From Tubulanus polymorphus (lineage: Eukaryota; Animalia; Nemertea): a DNA stretch of 64,000 nucleotides. The stretch is taken from positions 248,001 through 312,000 of the forward strand of contig NC_134032.1 of NCBI RefSeq assembly GCF_964204645.1, given 5' to 3'. The position numbers were made by a program, and so were the translations under genes. Below are positions 12,884 through 27,800 of this stretch, piece after piece (position 1 is the stretch's first letter; each line of letters opens with the position of its first letter). The notes under the pieces are model-generated. The model made no database searches. It was not told where the DNA came from and was given only the letters and a program-made list of their open reading frames with translations.

Positions 12884-15800
12884 GTAATATTACGTTTACT
12901 TTCAGGGCTGACTTAATTCTTACCCTGGGGCCGGTTGCATAGTCATGGCTTAGACTTAAGACAAACTTAGTTCTATAGACAATCTAACAACTTAAGACTA
13001 GTTTAAGTTCATTTTGATTCTATAACCAATCTAACAACTGCTGCCAGAATGATGTACTGGCGACATCTTCCGTAAGTGTCTATTTGATGATGTCACATGG
13101 AAGGTTGAGAAGGGAATGCTCCAAAGAGGTCATACTTGCGAAGATAAGGGCATTTCATTGACAAGGGGCCAGTTGCATAGTCATGGCTTAGATTTAAGAC
13201 AAACTTAGTTCTATAGACAATCTAACAACTCAAGACCAGTCTTAAGAGTTAAGACCACATTTTGACTTAAGTCACGACTATGCAACTGGCCTTTGATTGG
13301 TTTGAACCCTTTCATTTCTGACTTATTGATACTCGAATGTGCTGGATATGATTTTTGAAAATTCTGAAAAGGTAGAGTTCTAGACCCCAGAATATATTCC
13401 ATAGAAGCATCCCTTGATAGGGGAGGTATCCTTGCTCTTGATAGGGGAGGTATCCTTGCTCTTGATAGGGGAGGTATCCTTGCTCTTGATAGGGGAGGTA
13501 TCCTTGCTCTTGATAGGGGAGGTATCCTTGCTCTTGATAGGGGAGGTATCCTTGCTCTTGATAGGGGAGGTATCCTTGCTCTTGATAGGGGAGGTATCCT
13601 TGCTCTTGATAGGGGAGGTATCCTTGCTCTTGATAGGGGAGGTATCCTTGCTCTTGATAGGGGAGGTATCCTTGAAAAATGCACTTTCTGAGAGTATCAG
13701 TGTTGAAATGACGGCAGGTTTTTTGTCGATCTCTGCCTCGACACGAAGGGTGCGACCTAAATGGGTGCTTGCGTTACGCGGCCTTTCTGGCTTTGCTAGG
13801 CTAGGCGTAGATTTTATGTTTACCTCTTCTATGCAAATAAACATTGAATTGAATGAGATGTCCGGGTTCCAGAAAATACCACCCCCCCCCCCCCCGTTGA
13901 AAGAGTTTAAAACTCGATCGTCTGCTATATTTCAGAAGCTCAAACCGACCACCATTTACACATCGACGATCAGCAGGGTTGGGCGTCGTGGGCGTGGTCG
14001 TATGTTCCGCAAGTGATGCCCGAATTCGAAACGACAGACGAGGACGACGAGGGCAGCGATAGCTCGACGGAACCGCCGCAGAAAAAACCTCCCGTGCTCG
14101 CGTTTGGAATTTATATCAAACACGCTGCCCTGACGTTCAAGGTACGTTGTTTAATTATAGAACTTAAAAAAAAATGCCACCAAAAAATGTGAAATAGATA
14201 AAAGTCCTTAAGAAAAGCCCTCTTTTAGCCTAAATTTTTCGGAAGTTTCCTGGGGCGGGCCCGGATACCCCTATTGAAGGGGCTAACCCCTTCATATGAT
14301 CCATCCTTGTATTCATTGATAGGCGTACAGAAGTTTAGAAAGAGTTCATAGTTGATTTTATATCGTCCCTCATATCTTGGTAGTTATGCCTTCAAAGCCC
14401 CTCGAATAATAATAATAATAATAATAATAATGGTGTGATTTCTGTAATACAGGTATCCTAACTCAAAATTCGGCATTATTACCCTGAGCCTATAACTCTA
14501 TTCCATGCATCATTCTTCTCTCCCTGGGTAGAAGTAACACCGAGCTGCTAATAAGCGCTCGCCTCAGGAGTCTTCTATCAGGCCAGGTACCCATTTACTC
14601 CTGGGTGGAGAGAGGCAGTGAGGATAAGTGTCTTGCCCGAGGACACAACGGGGTTTGAACCCACGACCTGGCTTCCCACAGTGTAACGGTCTATTTGAAT
14701 TCTATAATTGCTTCCTAAATCCCCCTATGACATCATCATATGTATTTAAATCCCCCTATGACATCATCGACTGTATGTGAAATAAGGGCCAACATGTGGA
14801 TAGGAATAATCCCCCTATGACATTTGACAAATAGATGACATGTCCGCGTATGAATCCGTATCCTTCTTTTCCAGTTGACGGAAGTAGTCCGCGAGTCGCG
14901 TTACTACGGTTCGCAGCGCGTCGCGTTTCACAAATTCGCCGCGTTGGAAGGCGACGGAATCGCGTTGGAGATGCTGCTGCGCGGCGCGTCGTTCTTCGAC
15001 TGTCAGCTGGGTATCACTAGTTCACGGATGTACGAGATCGGGCCGTGCCTGTGCGGCGAGAAAGCCTCCGATGATTCGTCGACGAAGGTAAATTAAAAGT
15101 GCGGCTCCGACAGTGTCATTGGTTGGGTAGCTTGGTTTACGGGAACCACCTACTACACTGGCAGTCCGACTGGTGGCGCTATCATCCATTGTATCGATTG
15201 GGAAAAAAGCTTTGTGACATAAAATTGCACTAGCCCGGGGGACAAGTGATAATGATAACCTACTTGCCCTGATGAGAATTAACTTGCCCTAATGATAATA
15301 TACTTGCCCTAATGAGATTATACTTGCCCTAATGAGATTATACTTGCCCCGGCAATTGCACAAGTGCTTAGATCGGACCTGTTGAAGAATCCTAGATTTA
15401 GACGCGTGTTTATTGTTTTAGGGCGAAACGTTTTTTCAAAGCGGCGTCACTCAAACCGGCGACCCGGTGCATTACATCGAACAGTCGTTATTCGACCCGG
15501 GCGGTGCCGAAAACTCGGGCGCACGGGCTGATTTCATATTCACGCGAGACGCGCACCAAGTGGCGTTCACCGAGTCGGCCATGTTGGATCGTTACGGCTG
15601 TTTTTGGTTCGACTATCTGTTCACCGTCGAGGACAATCTTGAAGTGGAAGAAATGCTCGGAGGTAAGAATAATCGTCCGCAACGACCCGTTAAGCCTTCC
15701 ATTACCCTAAACTACTTGATGATTGATAGAGATTTCCATCCCAGTGCGGTGTATAATGAGCATACCTCTTAAATGCATCTACAGTGCAGTGCGGTGTATC

Positions 15801-18800
15801 CTGAGTTACGAATATTACACTATGTTTAACAGGTGCCGTTTGACAGGTGACTAATAACATAATACATCGTGGTGCGGTGTATTAGCAAAATACATCACAG
15901 ATTCATACACCGCACTGCCGTGTATTATGTTGAATGGATTAATCGTTAACCCTAATCCTTTTGATTTCCTTAGCATTCAGGATCCAGTTCCACAGTTATG
16001 AGTTAGAGTTAACTCCGAACTCAGGATCCAGTTCCACAGTTATGAGTTAGAGTTAACTCAAGTCAAATCTTAACTTACTTTGGAACTGGGTCCAGTTCTT
16101 ATTATTTTTCTAATCTAAATCTCTGAATTAACAAACTCCTTGACCGATTTATACACCGCACTGCGATGTAAACGCACTGAGAGGGTTAAAAGTTTCTAAG
16201 GCACAACCAGAGAAACAACCATGTGGCTTATAAGCAGTCTGATTACTAATAAAATCAATACACCGTGATGTGGTGTACTAACAAAGTCCATCACCGATTT
16301 ATACACCGCAGTGTGGTGTAGACGCGCTGAAAGGGTTAATATAATTTCTTTTTTACGATTACATGTAATCTATCAATTTGTTGTAATTGTATTTGCAGAT
16401 GAATCGCCATTCTCGTACGGTTTGTCCGAGATGGATTTAGTGAAAGAGAATTCGACGCAGACGTTTCTGATCGGACCGACTCACGTGACGTTGTCGAGTT
16501 CGTTGATGCATCGCGTGCAGAAGTTCATTCATTGTGCGCAGCAACACGAGTATGAACCGTACATGAAACCGCAGAAAGGTACGTTTAGGAAAAAATACAG
16601 ACCCGTGCCGAGTGGGGTTTCAGGAGTAGCGAACAAAACCCTTAACATTTTCAAAATCCCCTTTGAAGTAAGTGTCAAAAAATTTGGGTGAAGATTTTGG
16701 TTACAATTTTCATGTTGTTTTTCTCGGAAAATGAAAAGTAATTCATTCTCAAATGATTTCTCCAAGTACCTGGGCACTTCATATTTTAGATGTGGCTTTT
16801 CACGGTATAAAAGTGCCCTATTTCTTGAAATAGAACTACCCCTCAAGAAAGCTTGGCACTGGCCTGAAAAAAATGTAAAACTTTATTTTCAGGCTGCTCC
16901 CAGATGCAAAAGCCTCGTAAAAATTAGTCTCTCTAAAAAACTCCAAAAACGCTCTCATACAAAATACTGTCGTAAAATGCAGGTTTAGCTGTCACTTTGC
17001 AGACTTTGTTGACTATTGACTGACTGGTTAAGCATAACTTTTGAGCGGGTGACTGTGACAGAGTCTCATGTGTCTACTAGGACAGGGGTTTGTACTGTGA
17101 CAGAGTCTCACGATGTCATCAGGTTTGAACCCTGCTGAGGGAGGATGTGTCTACTAGGACAGGGGTTTGTAATGTGACAGAGTCTCACGATGTCATCAGG
17201 TTTGAACCCTGCCCCGAGGGAGGATGTGTCTACTAGGACAGGGGTTTGTACTGTGACAGAGTCTCACGATGTCATCAGGTTTGAATCCCTGCTGAGGGAG
17301 GATGTGTCTACTAGGACAGGAGTTTGTACTGTGACAGAGTCTCACGATGTCATCAGGTTTGAATCCCTGCTGAGGGAGGATGTGTCTACTAGGACAGGGG
17401 TTTGTACTGTGACAGAGTCTCATGATGTCATCAGGTTCAAATCCCTGCTGAGGGAGGATGTGTCTACTAGGACAGGGGTTTGTACTGTGACAAGAGTCTC
17501 ATGTGTCTACTAGGACAGGGGTTTGTACTGTGACAGAGTCTCACGATGTCATCAGGTTTGAATCCCTGCTGAGGGAGGATGTGTCTACTAGGACAGGGGT
17601 TTGTACTGTGACAGAGTCTCATGACATCTTCAGGTTTGAGAATCCCTGCTGAGGGAGGATGTGTCTACTAGGACAGGGGTTTGTACTGTGACAGAGTCTC
17701 ATGATGTCATCAGGTTTGAACCCTGCCCCAAGGGAGGATGTGTCTACTAGGACAGGGGTTTGTACTGTGACAGAGTCTCATGATGTCATCAGGTTCAAAT
17801 CCCTGCTGAGGGAGGATGTGTCTACTAGGACAGGGGTTTGTACTGTGACAGAGTCTCATGATGTCATCAGGTTTGAACCCTGCCCCGAGGGAGGATGTGT
17901 CTACTAGGACAGGGGTTTGTACTGTGACAGAGTCTCATGATGTCATCTGGTTTAAATCCCTGCTGAGGGAGGATGTGTCTACTAGGACAGGGGTTTGTAC
18001 TGTGACAGAGTCTCATGATGTCATCAGGTTTGAATAACATTTTCTAATTTCAGAAATAGTCGATGTCAATCGTTCGGGGCCAAAATCGATGCAAGTGAAA
18101 TGTATGGAGAAGTTCATCCCGATGCGGACGTATACAGTGACGTTTATCAATCCGACCGTCACCCTGGCGACCGTTAATCATCCTCGCTGTGATATTACGA
18201 ATGCTAAGTTACCGACGGTCAGAAAGGTAAGGGGTTGATATATTCTTACCACCTGACATCCACGGTCAAACGCTGTAAACCTTTCAGTGTGTCTTCACTG
18301 CAGTGCGGTGTATTAATTGACGATGTTCTTTGCCAGTACATTGCATCATGGTGTATTGATGTTATTAGTAATTAGTGTTTATTTCTATTGTAAGATGGCA
18401 GCACCTGTCACACATATCTAAGTGTTATTAACTAATGATACACGGCACCAAGGTGTAGACACACTTAAACTGTATTGTAAAATGGTTGTACTATGCACTA
18501 GGGTGAAATTTTAAAGATTTTCAAATTATCTCCAGCGCTTTTTGGGTATTAATTAGTCAGCTCAGAAAAGGTTTGCACATGTCCACTCCTATTTTACTCA
18601 TGCGCCACGTGTATCAAATCATTCGAAAGTTGAGAGTAGAATTTCAAAACGATTTTGTCTTCCAGAAATCATCGTCTAAACGAGGTGGCGCCGGCAGCAA
18701 GGCGACGTCGAAGCCCGCGCCGAATTTACCGTCGCTGATCGGTCAGGTCGAACGTTTCGATTTGACGATCTCGAAACCGATGTACCCGAATCACGTCGTC

Positions 18801-21800
18801 AAGCTGGTCAGCAAAATGAAAAAACCGTCGCCGAATTTACTACACCATTGTCACAGTCATATCTCGTTAAAGGTACGCGTTTTAAAAACGGTTGGTTTTC
18901 ATATATCAGACCCTGGGACCAGTTGCACAGTCGTGACTTACGTCTGAAAGTGGTCTTAAATCTTTAGACCGGTCTTAAGTTGTTAGATTGGCTATAGAAC
19001 CAAAATGAGCTTAGACTGGTCTCAAGTTGTTAGATTGGCTATAGAACTAAGTTGGTCTTAGACTGGTATTTGAACTACTTTTTTCAACAATTATTCTCTT
19101 GTTTTTGCGAAAACTATTATAATTTGAGATATCAGAAATTCTGGTGTGGCCAAAAATATCCAAGAACTCTCAAAATCAGAATAATTTCTAGGTCGTTTTC
19201 AATTAAACTACTATTTTTGATATGAAATTACTCTCATTTTTGGTGAAGACTATTAAAATTAGTGTAAAGACAGTTTCGTCTGGCTAGCTGTTCTGGAGTG
19301 TATTGTTTGATGTTAATGATATATTATTTACAGCTATTTGGTTTACAAGCCGGTCTCTATCATATCGAATCAGCGCTGCCTCAGATGTGTCGTCTACTAC
19401 CGCCTGTCAGTGGCGCCGTCTACATGAAGAAATTACTGTTACCAATGTATTGGTAAGTTTTCTGTTGATCGATTTCAGCGGTCACCCGAAATTGACCGAA
19501 ATCAAGATGGCCGACTGGTGACCATTGATGCTCGCCATAATCAGAACTTTTTGCACATGGAGTTCTCCTAAGAAAATTTTGGAGAGCCTTCAATCAGTTA
19601 TCTAGAAATTTGGGTTATAAATGAATCTACCCTAGACGCATCGACATCCCAAAAACTGGCCCAGTCAGATTCAAGATGGCCGTCTGGTGGCTATTTATGT
19701 TCTCTGAAATCAGCACATTAACAGATTTTAAAACGCTTCAATGGATTGTCTTGATACTTGGTTTATGCATGCATCTTCATCCAAAAAATTGGCCCAGTCA
19801 GATTAAAGATGGCCGACTAGCAGCCTTTATGTTCGTTGAAATCAACACTTTAAAAACTTCCAAAGGAAATTTCGAAGGTGCTTTGATGAGTTGTCTTGAG
19901 GTTGGGTATGCATCCTCCTGGTGGCCATCATCAAGACAAAAAATTGAGTTGATCTTACTCAAAATGGCAAACAAAATGGCAGACCTATGACCAGTTTTTG
20001 AGGTAATCCTTGAATATGCTTCAATCAATAATTTTCTCCGTTTTTCAAGGGATGATCCACATCAGTTAATGACAGAAGTTATGTGCGAGATGCCAAAGTT
20101 AGTCGCTAACGCCACCTGCAGTCAGGTAATGCTAGCGACGCAGATCGCGTTGACGTGGGTTTCATCATCGATGATTGTAAACAGTTTGTCGCGAACGTCT
20201 TTACTCGAGGATAACTTCAGACCTACAGGTAAGTGGAATGTATGGGGTACGTGGAATGTAGGGCAGGAAAATGTGAGGGGTACGTGAAACGTATAGGGCA
20301 GGGAAATGTGAGGGGTATGAGGAACGTAGGGCAGGGAAATGTGAGGGGTATGAGGAACGTGAGAGTCAGAGGAATGTGAGGGGTATGAGGAACGTGAGAA
20401 TCAGAGGAATGTGAGGGCTAGGTGGAACTGGTAGGTCGGAGAAACGTTAGGGATAGGTGGAATATGAGGGGTACCCTAGAGAGTGGTAGTGGAATCTATT
20501 TCTGCAGTAGTAGATGTTCTACTGCACACTAGCGACACCTAGTGGATCCTCGCTTGCCACAAGTTGAGTCTTCTATTGCCGCAGTAGTTGATGTCCTACT
20601 GCACATCAGCGACACCTGGTGATTCCTCACTTGCCACAAATAAAATCCTCCATTGCCGCAGTAGTAGATATCTTACTGCACACTAGTGACACCTGGTGGA
20701 TCCTCTCACACTATCATTGCCAGGCCCTATGAAAAATACTAGTTAAAGAGGTGAACTTTTTGAGACGATGTCTATTGTTTTTGTTGACAGTTTCACGGTT
20801 TCCAAGTGGTCAATTGATTCTGGAGTTTTCGATGACATACGCCGCGATGCGTTTGTGCGACACGAGATCTTCGTACTCGGTCAGCGGTTCGCTGAATTCA
20901 GTTGAGGTCGTCATTTCTAACACAGGTAAGAAACTTAAAAATTATCGAACTATTATCATCCGCAGTCAGGTGCGGATCCAGGGCCATTCGGTGACTACAG
21001 CACAGTGAAAAAAGGGCACCAACTTTGAAAAAGGGCCAGTATTAATGCCCGGCGAGCGAGTTTGAGTTTGAGTGCCATTTATTGGTATCATGCCACTTAA
21101 CTTGCCTTAACATTCAATTTGCTTGTGCCTTTTTTAGATTTTTGGTGAAATTTGCCCTTTTTCGATTAGATTTATGAGAGCAACAATAATGTCTCTTTTA
21201 GAATAATGCCCTTTTGGGTAAAGAAAAATGCCGTCGATTGCCTTTTATGATTTTGGTCAATTTATTTCCATTCACATTTTGCTTTAGTCCTAGTACAGAA
21301 AGGCAGAAAGGGAATTATTTTTTATGGCTCACAAATTGTGTTCCTTTTATTCTTTTTATCCCGAATTTCAAGGGCGTTTGAAAACTGCGACTACCGCACG
21401 TGCTGCACGGTGCGATAAACTGGATCCGCGCCTGGCAGTCGATTGTCTGGGCTTATGACGTACCTCGGACTCCGTTTACCCCATTGATTACTCCGAGCTG
21501 ATTGTCTCTGATTATCAACTGTCCGTCTGCCAAATATTACTCATTTTTTCACTTCTATTGATCGCGATAACGAACCATCCCGGCCCCGCCTGCCCCAGAA
21601 TTCACCCGTAGACAGATGTGATAGGACCCGCCTTATCAGACGACTGCCTCTGATGATCCCAGGATCCTGTTCGTCCATGATTGCCTTGGATTACCTCGTG
21701 CCCCGCCTGACAATTTCATTCGAATTGTCTAAGTCCAATTCATCCCAGCTCCAACTGCCCTGAAATTTGCGTAGTAACTCTGATGGAGAATTAGAGATCA

Positions 21801-24800
21801 AAGGCAAGTGGAGTCTACTGCAGTCTGTCGTTTAGAATTTAGAATCAATATCTCGTTTAATTAACGATCGTGAAAAGTGTTTTATCGAACGGAAAATTCC
21901 TTATATTTTCAAAAGAAAAAACATTTACTTGAATTACAAAACTGATCTGTAGAGTTTTGGAAATCAGAATTTAGGCGCGGTTTGGCGCTTGCTTTTATCA
22001 GACGTCTTTGTCTTAAATCTTCTGACCTTCAGAAGACTTCATTAAAGTGAAGAATGGATTAAGAATCAATGTTTTAGGTCGACTGCCAGTGTCTTTCTGG
22101 TCTTAATAAGACTTTTATCAGGTATGTACCGCTTAAATGGCCGATAGCTGGATTAGTTTTCATTTTTCACCATCGTAATGTGTTATGAACAGATAGGAAA
22201 CCACCCCTATAGTATCAGACAATGATGTTACATATTTGAAATATCGTCAGATTGTTGTCACGGTAATTTAATTGATGCTCCTGGCTCTTAACTATAGTTA
22301 CATTGACTACAGCTAAGATAAGATTAAATCATACTCTCTTCATCAATTCAGTTATGTTTGGGGGGCAAGACGATACTTCAGATCGAAACACTGGAATCCT
22401 CTTAACGCGGGACAAAGGCCTTTTGAATTCAGGTCTATAATAACCATTTGTTGAATTCAGTTATGTTTGGGTTGCAGGACAAAACTTCAGCTTCAAAAAC
22501 TGGAATCCTCTTTACGCGGGACAAAGGCCTTTTGAATTCAGTTCTATGAGGATAAATTCTTCAATTCAGTAATGTTTTGGCTGCAGGGTCCGAATGAGAG
22601 TCTTCCCTTACAGAACAACGCCCCCTGGTGAACTCTATTCAAATTGAAATCTGTTTTTCAATACAGACAGCCACGAGCGGGCAGGTGGTGCGTTTGAAGT
22701 TGTTAATATCACAATCAGTTGAAAACAAGTGATTACATTTGTTTCTTACGATTAAATATTGTCAGAAAAAAGAGGCTTATTTTCATAGTCTGCAGTCTAA
22801 AATTTTAGGTGCGGTATTTTATTTGTCGCATTTCCTATTTTGGGATTAAATTATCCCAGGCGATTTTAATACTAAACGATTTAGTTCGGTACTTTAGGAG
22901 TGTAAGCAAATCCCAATCGCATTTCAGTTATTTGAACAACAGGGGCTGTGAATATGTATTGGACCAATCAGATTGAAAGATTTCATCTACGCAGTTCGAC
23001 CGATACATTTGGGGCATGTAAACAAATCTAGGAAAAAGCTAATGAGGAATTTATTCGTAACTGACGTAATCAGTCAAAAACAAATCAGATTTTTCAAGAG
23101 GTGGGTCCAGTTTTTGAGAATGTATATTATCAGTATTTGGTGTCATCCGCCGCATTCAACCGAGAATTTCATCTCACTCAAGATCATGAACGCCATCAAC
23201 ATTTTACTGGTCGGTGTTTTCTGTCTCATCGTCGCCGATGAGGTTTTCGCCGAGTTCCGCTTTCAACAATTCACTCGCCTGCCAGAATGTTCGGGAGGCG
23301 ACAAACACAGCGAGAAACACTCACAAAACTGGGCGAAAACAAACCGCGTGATCGCGAACAGAAATGTCCGTAGCGTCGTCGAGTGCGGAGCTGATTGTAT
23401 GAATGATCAGAAATGTTCAGCCATGTCGTTCAACGGAGGGCATTGTTACCTGTATGACGTCAATGTCGACTACGCGTGCAGCGCCACCGACGGCAAAACA
23501 AAGTACTACAAGGTAAGTTCATTCAAATACTATATTTCTTTTTAAATTGAATGAAATTAAAAGAAATTACAAAAGGGCTGTGAACCAGTTCCTACAGTTA
23601 AATCTGAGTTGTTAGATTGGTTATAGAACTAAAATGATTTTAGGCTGGCCTTAAGTTGTTAGATTATCTAAGAACCAAAATGAGCTTAGACTGGTCTTAA
23701 GTTGTTAGATTGGTTATAGAACTAAAATGAGTTTAGACTGGTCTTAAGTTGTAAGATTGGTTATAGAACCAAAATGAGGTTAGACTGATCTTGAGTTGTT
23801 AGATTGGCTATAGAACCACAATGAGTTTAGACTGGTCTTAAGTTGTTAGATTGGTTATAGAACCAAAATGAGGTTAGACTGATCTTGAGTTGTTAGATTA
23901 TCTAAGAACCAAAATTTGTTAAAACAGGTCTTAAGTTGTAAGATTTGGCCGAGAACCAAAATGAGCTTAGACTGATTTTAAGTTGTTATTTTGGCCATAC
24001 AACTAAGAGAGACCGTTCTTAAGAAGATGAACTAAAATTGTCTTAGACAGGTATTAAGCCATCTCTAACTGGTTCCTGCTGGCCGTGTCAGCCGTGGCCT
24101 ACACTAAAAATATCTGAAGTTTCTGGATTTTCGTTGTCTCAGAACGCAGGCGTTTACCCTGAACTCACTCCAAGGTTTCATTGTGGTTCCCGAAGAAGTT
24201 TTGACTGGTTACCTTTACTTTTATAAAATAAATGTCCTGAATAATTGTTCTAAAAAATAAGTTATTATTCATGTTTGTTTCAGAAGGGAAATGATGGACC
24301 AACTACCACTAGCAGCGGCAGCAGCAGCAGCAACAGTTCCATGGCGACAGGTACGTTTTTTGCGCAAAATTTACACCAAGTTCCATAGTAATACAGACTA
24401 TTGAATAAAATCTATTTGACTTTGCAGGATTTGAACCTGTGCCTGAAACCACTCGTCCACCCGGCGGGTATTTAAAACACCTTCTCAAAACGACAATCTG
24501 TGTTTTTTTAAATTTTCAGTCGTGAAACCAAAATTGCGCAAACTTCGTTATTTCTTCGATTTCGAGAAAGTTGATGCTGAACGTGGAATCGTATTCGGGG
24601 AGGGAGCCAATATGACAACGCATCATCTTTTTGGAAAAATCCTGAAACCAAAAATCATCAAAGGGGTCGATGGTAGCCAAACTGTAACGAAAATCAACAA
24701 ATTATTTTTCGGGGACAGAAATAATGAAATTGATATAAAAAACTACTCGATATCCTATGTTTCCAGTGCATGTTATGGGATAGATATTGATTCGAGGAAA

Positions 24801-27800
24801 TATAGGATGTTCTTTCGCGGATATGGAAAAGCTTGGTGTATGAAATATCCACTGAAAAAGAACCTGCACTATCGATACGATTATGATATATTATTCAGCA
24901 AGGGTAAATGGGTTTCATTTAGATGTACGAACGGGGATTTCTATATCAATGATAAGCGCATATCAGTTCATAAAATCGGTCCGGTATCTAATAATATCAA
25001 TGCAAATGCTGATGATCCAATGTTTCGGGTTTTTCACATTTCGATTGGTTTTCTGATTGATAACCTGACAGTAGAAGTTTGGTACTGAAGAACTCGAAAT
25101 GAACGAATACAACTTCAATGAAAATCTCTCCATAAATAACATGTATCCCTTACAAGCCGTGGCCTCAAAGATGAGTTACAAAATTCGTAGAGTAGTCTGG
25201 TGTTAACAGGATGGAGAATAAATACAACGAGACCAGTAGTACTTTAACCCTTTCAGTGCATCTACACCGCAGTGCGGAGTATGAATCAGTGGTGGATTTT
25301 GCTAATACACCGCAGTGCGGTGTACTGATGTAATTAGTAATTAGTTTTTATCTCTATTGAAAAATGGCAGGACCTGTCAAACATGGTGAAATATTAGTAA
25401 CTAATGATACACTGCACCGCGGTGTAGACGCACTATATAGTGCTATTCCCGTTATTCAACACACTAAGGTGGAATTTTTTTAAAATTTCAAATTATCTCC
25501 AGCACTATAGGGTATTTATTGATTAGTCAGCACTGAAAGTGTTAAAGGCTAACTATTTGTTTGACGCACGAGATTTCGCTACTAATGTATAGAAGCTTCG
25601 TCAAACTGTAACTGATTTAGATGAATCAACAATTCAACAATAAGAACATTTCAATCAATAAATGATTTTATCATATTCATCACAATCAAACGTTTCGCTT
25701 TTAATCTGGTCCAGTTTTAGAATATGCTTAATTTTAGTTACTAAACGTGACTTGTTTAAGATCAATTGATTATGTAAATTTCACGCAATAAATGATTATG
25801 ATAATTATCAAAATGAATGAGTATTGTTTAGTTTTTTATTTCGCTCCAGTTTTATCAATGTGTGTAAAATGAATTTCATCGATTTGAAATGAGGAAGTTG
25901 TTGATGAGAAGGACGCGAGTCACAGCAGTTTGTATCATGTGTTTCATCATTCCTGGATCTACTGATAATGGTTACTGGATAGTCCTCAAATGCAAGATTT
26001 TGTTTTTTGAAAAAGTTTTCCTGAATTTCAAAACTGATTTTCGCATGTGTAAATGAGATAAAAACCGACTATGTACAAATTGAAAGAATTCTAAAATTGA
26101 GAATTTAGAATTCTCTTAATTTGTACGAAGTGGGTTTTTATCTTATAACACATTCACCACGTTTGAGTGTTGAAGTTTGAATTTATCTGTCTCACGAGAT
26201 CGGATACAAGTGCCGTCTGCTGTGAATCATTGCGTTGTTTTTCTAGAAGATTCTTACCGTTTTCAGATCAGAGAACCCAGCTTCTGCAAGGACCCGTGAA
26301 TACACAAGACGCGTACAGCACCGACAGATACAAGCGCGACGCGGTTACCCCCCAGGTCGCAGTTGCAGCTGCAGCGACCGCTTTCAATAAAGATTTACTG
26401 ACTTTCGCTTGTCAACTTGCGAAAACAGGCGGTTCACCAGAAACAGGTTAGTTCAGCAGTTGAAGTAGAGCTGCCAACAAAAACAATTCAAACTCATCTT
26501 AGGAAGAGAGTTCGAGTATCCGAATAACCATAGAAGTAATAACACTAAAAAACTCATTTTCTGATGAGTAAATACAGTTTATTAACACGAACATTTTCGG
26601 GATCATATCCCCTCATCGGGTGAAATACAAGTGAATCAAATGATTAAACTACACGTTTATATACAACATAAGTTACAAAATTACAAGTGCTAAATTCTAA
26701 GCTAATTACAAACCAAGTATTTAATTACGAGCTAATTATTTGAATACATTTAGGAAAAAGGATGAGCCGTTTTGAAATAATTGTTGATTTAAAGAGGGGG
26801 GGTAACCCGTCAATCCTATTTGCCCGAAAATTAAAATATCTACTTAAAAGGAATTTTGAAATCAACTTGAAATGCGCATTCACTACGACCAAAATTAAGA
26901 ATTTTTTCTCTTTGAAATGTGCTACCCCTAAATCGCTGAAGGCTAAAGTCTAAATTTAATTGTTTATGTGATATAAACACTTCCTATATTGGGAAAACTA
27001 AACAACATTTGGCCATCAGGATTAAAGAACACAGATCAAAGACTTCTGCGATTGGACAACATCTTGCAATTTGTCACACTTGTGATCAGGAATTCAGTGA
27101 CAACAAATTCAAAATTCTAGACAAAGGTTCATCTGATCTCGACTGTAAAATTAGGGAGGCCCTGTTTATTAAAGCGCAACGACCCTTTTTAAATCAACAA
27201 TTATTTCAAAACGGCTCATCCTTTATCCTAAATGTATTCAAATAAGTGTTACGGCGCTACCGTGTGAATCTGTTCCTGGACCGCCATGTTTAATGTACTT
27301 ATATATAGAAAAGAATTTTATTCTGTTGAATTATCAATCAAATAATGAAGCAGATCAGTTTCCTGTTTCGAGATAGTAAAGCATTGGAAACGAAATTGAC
27401 GTTGATTGTTCAGTTCGTATTTTTCTCGCTCAGTTCCGTCGTTGATACTGATTGAAATCCAAGGCGTCGTCGGCTGCGTCGATCCTAAACTGTACGAATG
27501 GTTGTCGTATTGTCCTCTCGTTTACCAGACGGCTTACCCGGAAAAACAACCTCAACAAATAACACGAGCGACTTCGCAAGGTAAGACGTATTTTAAGGCA
27601 CGGTTTTATAGACCGGTATTACGTTTAACCCGGGGGTTGAATCTATTGAAAATGAATTAAGTTAACCCCTGGGTTGAAGGCAGTACCAGTCTATAAAACC
27701 GGTCCCTTGCTGTTTATAACTCTTACTGTCGTGTCAGTTTAAATCTTGACGTAAAAGTTGTTTCTATAAATAGATTTTTGAATTTTTCTAATAAAATGTA

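Noticed and set aside
13211-14016. Repeat-peptide ORFs (RIPPLSRA, IGEVSLLL)
   Set aside because: Translations of a 24-bp intronic minisatellite
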